Of a DNA stretch of 10,613 nt, positions 6,158 to 10,613 are shown in pieces; positions within the stretch are counted from its first letter, which is position 1, and every line of letters begins with the position of its first letter. The stretch is taken from IMG/VR virus record IMGVR_UViG_2778261300_000008; one strand, 5' to 3'. The notes under the pieces were generated by a model. The model saw only the letters and a list, made by a program, of their open reading frames with translations. It ran no database searches and was not told the origin of the DNA. This DNA is from a virus (lineage: Duplodnaviria; Heunggongvirae; Uroviricota; Caudoviricetes). The position numbers were made by a program, and so were the translations under genes.

Positions 6158-6982
6158 ATGTCTCAGAACTTAGACGCAACCGCAATTAATCAAATCCATG
6201 CCCTTATTTCTGCTCAGGGTGTTAATGAAATTATCAGTAAGATTGGTGCCGATGCTGTGGCATTGCCTGAGAATTTCCGCATTCATGATCTGGAAAAATT
6301 TAATTTAAATCGCTTCCGTTTCCGTGGTGCGCTTTCCACTGCCAGCATCGATGACTTTACCCGTTATTCTAAAGATCTTGCAGATGAAGGCACCCGCTGC
6401 TTTATCGATGCTGATAATATGCGAGCCGTCAGTGTGCTTAACCTGGGTACTATTGATGAACCAGGTCACGCAGATAACACCGCCACTCTCAAACTGAAAA
6501 AGACAGCACCGTTCTCTGCCCTGTTGTCTGTTAACGGCGAGCGTAACTCCCAGAAGTCACTGGCAGAATGGATTGAAGACTGGGCCGACTACCTTGTGGG
6601 CTTTGATGCTAATGGTGACGCCATTCAGGCAACAAAAGCGGCTGCGGCGGTCCGTAAAATCACGATTGAAGCAAACCAGACCGCTGATTTTGAAGACAAT
6701 GACTTCAGCGGCAAACGCTCTCTGATGGAGTCTGTCGAAGCGAAAACCAAAGACATTATGCCAGTAGCATTTGAGTTTAAATGCGTTCCGTTTGAAGGCC
6801 TGAAAGAACGTCCGTTTAAATTACGCCTCAGCATTATCACTGGTGATCGCCCTGTACTGGTTCTGCGCATTATTCAGCTGGAAGCAGTACAGGAAGAAAT
6901 GGCTAACGAATTTCGTAATCTGCTTGTTGAAAAATTCAAAGACAGCAAAGTAGAAACCTTTATTGGTACTTTCACCGCCTGA
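6158..6982 (+). CDS. yfdQ: YfdQ-like protein (DUF2303 family)
   Basis: 274-aa ORF with GAGGA upstream of the ATG. Size and sequence character match recalled YfdQ of the E. coli KplE1/CPS-53 prophage, and a hairpin terminator follows. Confidence 0.75.
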   Translation: MSQNLDATAINQIHALISAQGVNEIISKIGADAVALPENFRIHDLEKFNLNRFRFRGALSTASIDDFTRYSKDLADEGTRCFIDADNMRAVSVLNLGTIDEPGHADNTATLKLKKTAPFSALLSVNGERNSQKSLAEWIEDWADYLVGFDANGDAIQATKAAAAVRKITIEANQTADFEDNDFSGKRSLMESVEAKTKDIMPVAFEFKCVPFEGLKERPFKLRLSIITGDRPVLVLRIIQLEAVQEEMANEFRNLLVEKFKDSKVETFIGTFTA

Positions 6983-6994
6983 TTTCATTACTGC

Positions 6995-7018
6995 AAATGC
7001 CCCTGCGGGGGCATTTAT
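6995..7018. terminator. Hairpin terminator after the yfdQ-like gene
   Basis: AAATGCCCC (6995-7003) pairs with GGGGCATTT around a TGCG-type loop, flanked by an A-tract and a T-tract, 13 bp after the stop. Confidence 0.55.
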
Positions 7019-7109
7019 GGAAACGTAATTAACTCAATAATCGCCTGATGGCGAGGGTTTTCTTTAACCAAAATTCAGCGCGGTGCAGCGCATATACGTG
7101 GAGAACAAA

Positions 7110-7646
7110 ATGTCATTTATTAAAACTTTTTCCGGGAAGCATTTTTATTATGACAGGATAAATAAAGACGACATCGATATTAACGATATCGCGGTTTCCC
7201 TTTCAAATATCTGTCGCTTTGCCGGTCATCTTTCGCACTTCTACAGCGTCGCCCAACATGCGGTTCTTTGCAGCCAGTTGGTGCCGCAGGAATTTGCTTT
7301 TGAAGCGTTAATGCATGATGCAACAGAAGCGTATTGCCAGGACATTCCCGCACCACTGAAACGCCTTCTTCCTGACTATAAACAAATGGAAGAAAAAATA
7401 GACGCCGTAATCCGTGAGAAATACGGGTTACCCCCAGTTATGAGTACGCCCGTGAAATATGCCGATCTCATCATGCTGGCAACCGAACGCCGCGATCTCG
7501 GGCTTGATGATGGCTCTTTCTGGCCTGTACTGGAAGGTATCCCGGCAACAGAGATGTTCAACGTGATTCCACTGGCACCGGGCCATGCCTACGGGATGTT
7601 TATGGAACGCTTTAACGAGTTATCGGAGTTACGCAAATGCGCATGA
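7110..7646 (+). CDS. yfdR: YfdR-like HD-domain phosphohydrolase
   Basis: An H...HD motif is present (AQHAVLCSQLV...EALMHDATEAYCQD). The product from MSFIKTFSGKHFYYD is 178 aa with GGAG upstream, matching recalled K-12 YfdR. The ORF track begins 27 nt earlier at 7083. Confidence 0.8.
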   Translation: MSFIKTFSGKHFYYDRINKDDIDINDIAVSLSNICRFAGHLSHFYSVAQHAVLCSQLVPQEFAFEALMHDATEAYCQDIPAPLKRLLPDYKQMEEKIDAVIREKYGLPPVMSTPVKYADLIMLATERRDLGLDDGSFWPVLEGIPATEMFNVIPLAPGHAYGMFMERFNELSELRKCA

Positions 7647-7960
7647 ATGTTTTCGAAATGGAAGGGTTTCTTCGTGGGAGATGTGTACCGCGAGATCTGA
7701 AAGTAAATGAAACAGATGCTGAATACCTGGTGCGTAAATTCGATGCGCTTGAAGCTAAATGTGCAGCACAGGAAAACAAAGTAATACCAGTGTCAACTGA
7801 ACTGCCACCAGCAAATGAAAGTGTTTTGTTATTCGATGCTAACGGAGAAGGCTGGCTAATTGGTTGGCGTTCTCTCTGGTACACCTGGGGACAAAAAGAA
7901 ACCGGAGAATGGCAGTGGACATTTCAGGTCTTCAGTCTCCGCTGCATACTGTCCAGGTGA
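7637..7960 (+). CDS. YfdS-like hypothetical protein immediately upstream of int (possibly truncated)
   Basis: 107-aa ORF with GGAG 8 nt upstream; an alternative ATG at 7643 makes an ATGA overlap with the yfdR-like stop. It is mildly acidic and lacks an obvious HTH, so it does not look like a typical excisionase. Confidence 0.5.
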   Translation: MRMNVFEMEGFLRGRCVPRDLKVNETDAEYLVRKFDALEAKCAAQENKVIPVSTELPPANESVLLFDANGEGWLIGWRSLWYTWGQKETGEWQWTFQVFSLRCILSR

Positions 7961-7991
7961 GCGCGGGTGATGGCATAACAGAGGAAAGAAA

Positions 7992-9155
7992 ATGTCACTC
8001 TTCCGCAGAGGTGAAATATGGTACGCCAGTTTCACATTGCCGAACGGTAAAAGATTTAAACAGTCTCTTGGAACAAAGGACAAAAGGCAGGCGACAGAAC
8101 TCCATGACAAGCTAAAGGCTGAAGCATGGCGGGTCAGCAAACTTGGTGAAATACCTGATATAACGTTCGAGGAAGCGTGTGTCAGGTGGCTTGAAGAGAA
8201 AGCACATAAAAAATCACTGGACGATGACAAAAGCCGGATCGGATTCTGGCTTCAACATTTCGCAGGAATGCAACTAAGAGACATTACTGAATCAAAAATT
8301 TATTCAGCAATGCAGAAAATGACGAACCGGCGTCATGAGGAAAACTGGAGACTCAGGGCAGAAGCATGCAGAAAAAAAGGGAAACCTGTTCCAGAATACA
8401 CGCCAAAACCAGCGTCCGTTGCAACGAAGGCTACGCATCTTTCATTTATAAAGGCCCTACTAAGAGCCGCAGAGCGTGAATGGAAAATGCTGGATAAGGC
8501 ACCAATTATTAAAGTGCCTCAACCAAAGAATAAACGGATCCGCTGGCTGGAGCCCCATGAAGCACAAAGGCTGATTGATGAATGTCCGGAGCCATTAAAG
8601 TCTGTTGTTGAATTTGCACTGGCAACAGGCTTAAGACGCTCGAACATCATCAACCTTGAATGGCAACAAATAGACATGCAGCGCCGGGTGGCATGGATAA
8701 ACCCGGAAGAGAGTAAATCAAACCGCGCAATTGGCGTTGCGCTGAATGATACTGCATGTCGCGTTTTGAAAAAACAAATCGGGAATCATCACCGTTGGGT
8801 ATTTGTGTACAAGGAAAGCTGTACCAAACCAGACGGAACGAAAGCGCCAACAGTAAGGAAGATGCGGTATGACGCAAACACAGCCTGGAAAGCGGCGCTG
8901 AGACGGGCTGGTATTGATGATTTCAGATTTCACGACTTGAGACACACCTGGGCAAGTTGGCTGGTTCAAGCCGGAGTCCCGTTGTCAGTGTTACAGGAAA
9001 TGGGAGGCTGGGAGTCTATCGAAATGGTTCGTCGATATGCTCACCTTGCACCTAATCACCTTACCGAACACGCACGGCAAATAGACTCGATCCTGAACCC
9101 ATCGGTCCCAAATTCGTCCCAGTCAAAAAATAAGGAAGGTACTAATGATGTGTAA
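7992..9155 (+). CDS. int: Tyrosine integrase, P22 Int type
   Basis: 387-aa product [48 protein letters not shown]...[39 protein letters not shown] closely matches recalled P22 Int, including the catalytic R...HxxR...Y box. GAGGAAAG precedes the ATG, and the stop lies 15 nt from the tRNA 3' end. Confidence 0.95.
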   Translation: MSLFRRGEIWYASFTLPNGKRFKQSLGTKDKRQATELHDKLKAEAWRVSKLGEIPDITFEEACVRWLEEKAHKKSLDDDKSRIGFWLQHFAGMQLRDITESKIYSAMQKMTNRRHEENWRLRAEACRKKGKPVPEYTPKPASVATKATHLSFIKALLRAAEREWKMLDKAPIIKVPQPKNKRIRWLEPHEAQRLIDECPEPLKSVVEFALATGLRRSNIINLEWQQIDMQRRVAWINPEESKSNRAIGVALNDTACRVLKKQIGNHHRWVFVYKESCTKPDGTKAPTVRKMRYDANTAWKAALRRAGIDDFRFHDLRHTWASWLVQAGVPLSVLQEMGGWESIEMVRRYAHLAPNHLTEHARQIDSILNPSVPNSSQSKNKEGTNDV

Positions 9156-9170
9156 CTTATTGATTTAAAT

Positions 9171-9246
9171 GGTGCCGATAATAGGAGTCGAACCTACGAC
9201 CTTCGCATTACGAATGCGCTGCTCTACCAACTGAGCTATATCGGCC
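9171..9246 (-). tRNA. thrW: tRNA-Thr (anticodon CGU)
   Basis: The minus strand reads GCCGATATAGCTCAGTTGGTAGAGCAGCGCATTCGTAATGCGAAGGTCGTAGGTTCGACTCCTATTATCGGCACCA, a 76-nt cloverleaf with a TTCGACT T-loop, anticodon CGT and encoded CCA. P22 Int-type elements are known to target thrW. Confidence 0.92.
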
Positions 9247-9359
9247 CTGAAAGGACATGTTCACGAACGTGAATCACGGTGGACAAGGTTAAAACTAACC
9301 GGGCGATGCGTCAATGGCCTTGTGAATCAAATGGCTACTTTTGCATCACCCGGTTTTAT

Positions 9360-10613
9360 TTACGCACGAATGGTGTAATCACCAATGCCGATCCACTTGT
9401 AAGTGGTCAGTGCTTCCAGCCCCATTGGGCCACGCGCGTGGAGTTTTTGTGTGCTTACCGCCACTTCCGCACCCAGACCAAACTGGCCGCCGTCGGTAAA
9501 ACGCGTAGAGGCGTTAACGTAAACAGCGGACGAATCCACTTCGTTAACAAAACGCTGGGCGTTGCGCATATCGCGGGTCAGGATCGCATCGGAGTGTTGT
9601 GTGCCGTGTTCACGAATATGGGCGATGGCATCGTCAAGATCGCTGACGATTTTAACGTTCAAATCTAATGACAGAAATTCATCGTCATACTCTTCGGCTT
9701 TAACCGCCACCACCTTCGCAGGGCCTGTCTGCAACTGCGCCAGCGCAGCTGCATCTGCGTGTAATGTCACGCCGCTTTCCGCCATTTGTTTGCTTAATGC
9801 GGGCAGGAAGCTATCGGCGATGTTTTTATTCACCAGCAACGTTTCTACCGTATTACATGTGCTCGGTCGCTGAGTTTTCGCGTTGACGATCACTTTTAAT
9901 GCTTCAGCGATCTCTGCGCTTTCATCAACGTAAATATGGCATACGCCTATACCACCTGTGATCACCGGGATTGTCGACTGTTCGCGGCACAGTTTATGCA
10001 AACCAGCCCCGCCGCGCGGGATCAGCATGTCGATGTATTTATCCATACGCAGCATTTCACTGACCAGCGCACGGTCAGGATTATCAATCGCCTGCACGGC
10101 ACCCGCCGGTAAGCCACAGGATTTCAGGGCGTCCTGAATCACCGCCACCGTTGCCGCGTTAGTGCGACAGGTTTCTTTGCCACCACGCAGGATCACCGCA
10201 TTACCGGTTTTCAGGCACAGCGAAGCGACATCAACCGTCACGTTCGGGCGCGCTTCATAAATCACGCCAATCACCCCCAGCGGCACGCGACGACGCTCAA
10301 GACGCAGGCCGCTGTCCAGTACGCTGCCATCGATTACCTGCCCCACCGGATCGGCGAGGTTACACACCTGGCGCACATCATCGGCAATGCCTTTCAGCCG
10401 TGCGGGCGTCAGTGCCAGACGGTCAAGCATCGCTTCGCCAAGGCCATTGGCACGCGCGTCAGCAACATCCTGGGCGTTAGCGTTGAGGATGATTTCGCTT
10501 TGTGCTTCCAGTTCATCGGCGATTTTTTCCAGCACGCGATTTTTTTCGCGGCTGGAGAGTTGCGCTAATTTATACGAGGCTTGCTTCGCGGCAATGCCCA
10601 TTTGTTCCAGCAT
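9360..10613 (-). CDS. proA: Gamma-glutamyl phosphate reductase
   Basis: The 417-aa product [49 protein letters not shown]... matches recalled E. coli ProA over its full length. The start codon sits at the window edge, and proA next to thrW is the known chromosomal context. Confidence 0.95.
   Translation of the reverse strand: MLEQMGIAAKQASYKLAQLSSREKNRVLEKIADELEAQSEIILNANAQDVADARANGLGEAMLDRLALTPARLKGIADDVRQVCNLADPVGQVIDGSVLDSGLRLERRRVPLGVIGVIYEARPNVTVDVASLCLKTGNAVILRGGKETCRTNAATVAVIQDALKSCGLPAGAVQAIDNPDRALVSEMLRMDKYIDMLIPRGGAGLHKLCREQSTIPVITGGIGVCHIYVDESAEIAEALKVIVNAKTQRPSTCNTVETLLVNKNIADSFLPALSKQMAESGVTLHADAAALAQLQTGPAKVVAVKAEEYDDEFLSLDLNVKIVSDLDDAIAHIREHGTQHSDAILTRDMRNAQRFVNEVDSSAVYVNASTRFTDGGQFGLGAEVAVSTQKLHARGPMGLEALTTYKWIGIGDYTIRA

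Larger units (their letters stand above)
1..9170. mobile_element. Defective lambdoid prophage, attL-proximal arm; continues beyond window start
   Basis: Gene order matches a lambda prophage map (int, pL accessory genes, cI, cro, cII-like, replication fragment, lysis genes, cos, terminase), with the integrase 3' end abutting a tRNA. Only ~7 kb separates int from the terminase, so large deletions are implied. Confidence 0.8.

Noticed and set aside
6625-8969. ORFs 6625..6870(-), 7376..7561(-), 7612..7884(-), 7856..8230(-), 7864..8115(+), 8650..8877(-) and 8718..8969(-)
   Set aside because: All are antisense to or out of frame within the well-supported yfdQ-like, yfdR-like and integrase genes.
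9247-9359. Inverted repeat TTCACG-AA-CGTGAA (9261-9274) and long hairpin ACCGGGCGATGC...GCATCACCCGGT (9298-9354)
   Set aside because: They lie on the chromosomal side of attL between proA and thrW; most simply the proA terminator and thrW promoter/leader, which I believe is native E. coli sequence.
9279-9668. 129-aa + strand ORF
   Set aside because: Lies in the thrW-proA intergenic region and antisense to the proA 3' end, with odd composition and no ribosome-binding site; proA is confidently assigned on the other strand.
1-10613. CRISPR arrays, IS elements or transposase genes
   Set aside because: No regularly spaced direct repeats and no transposase-like ORF or terminal inverted repeats were seen; the only mobile element is the prophage itself.

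Overview
This window is the attL-proximal arm of a compact, deletion-scarred lambdoid prophage inserted at the 3' end of tRNA-Thr (thrW), next to chromosomal proA. All calls are by eye and from recalled protein families; no search was run. Reading from the chromosome inward: proA (-), thrW (-), a P22-type tyrosine integrase (+), a YfdP/Q/R/S-like accessory block (+), a GC-rich structured non-coding region, two convergent overlapping small ORFs of unknown function, a pL-like promoter, a CI-like S24-peptidase repressor (+) and a divergent Cro-like gene (-). The rightward-operon analogue (- strand) then runs through a CII/YdaT-like gene, a coupled 112-aa ORF and a truncated replication-initiator fragment fused at a deletion scar to the last ~19 codons of a pinholin, followed by an intact SAR endolysin and Rz/Rz1. 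A cos-like site, a Nu1-like small terminase and the start of a large terminase complete the window. The best candidates for something undescribed are the unassigned module at 4833-5711 (sitting where N would be) and the holin-less lysis cassette fused to the early operon.
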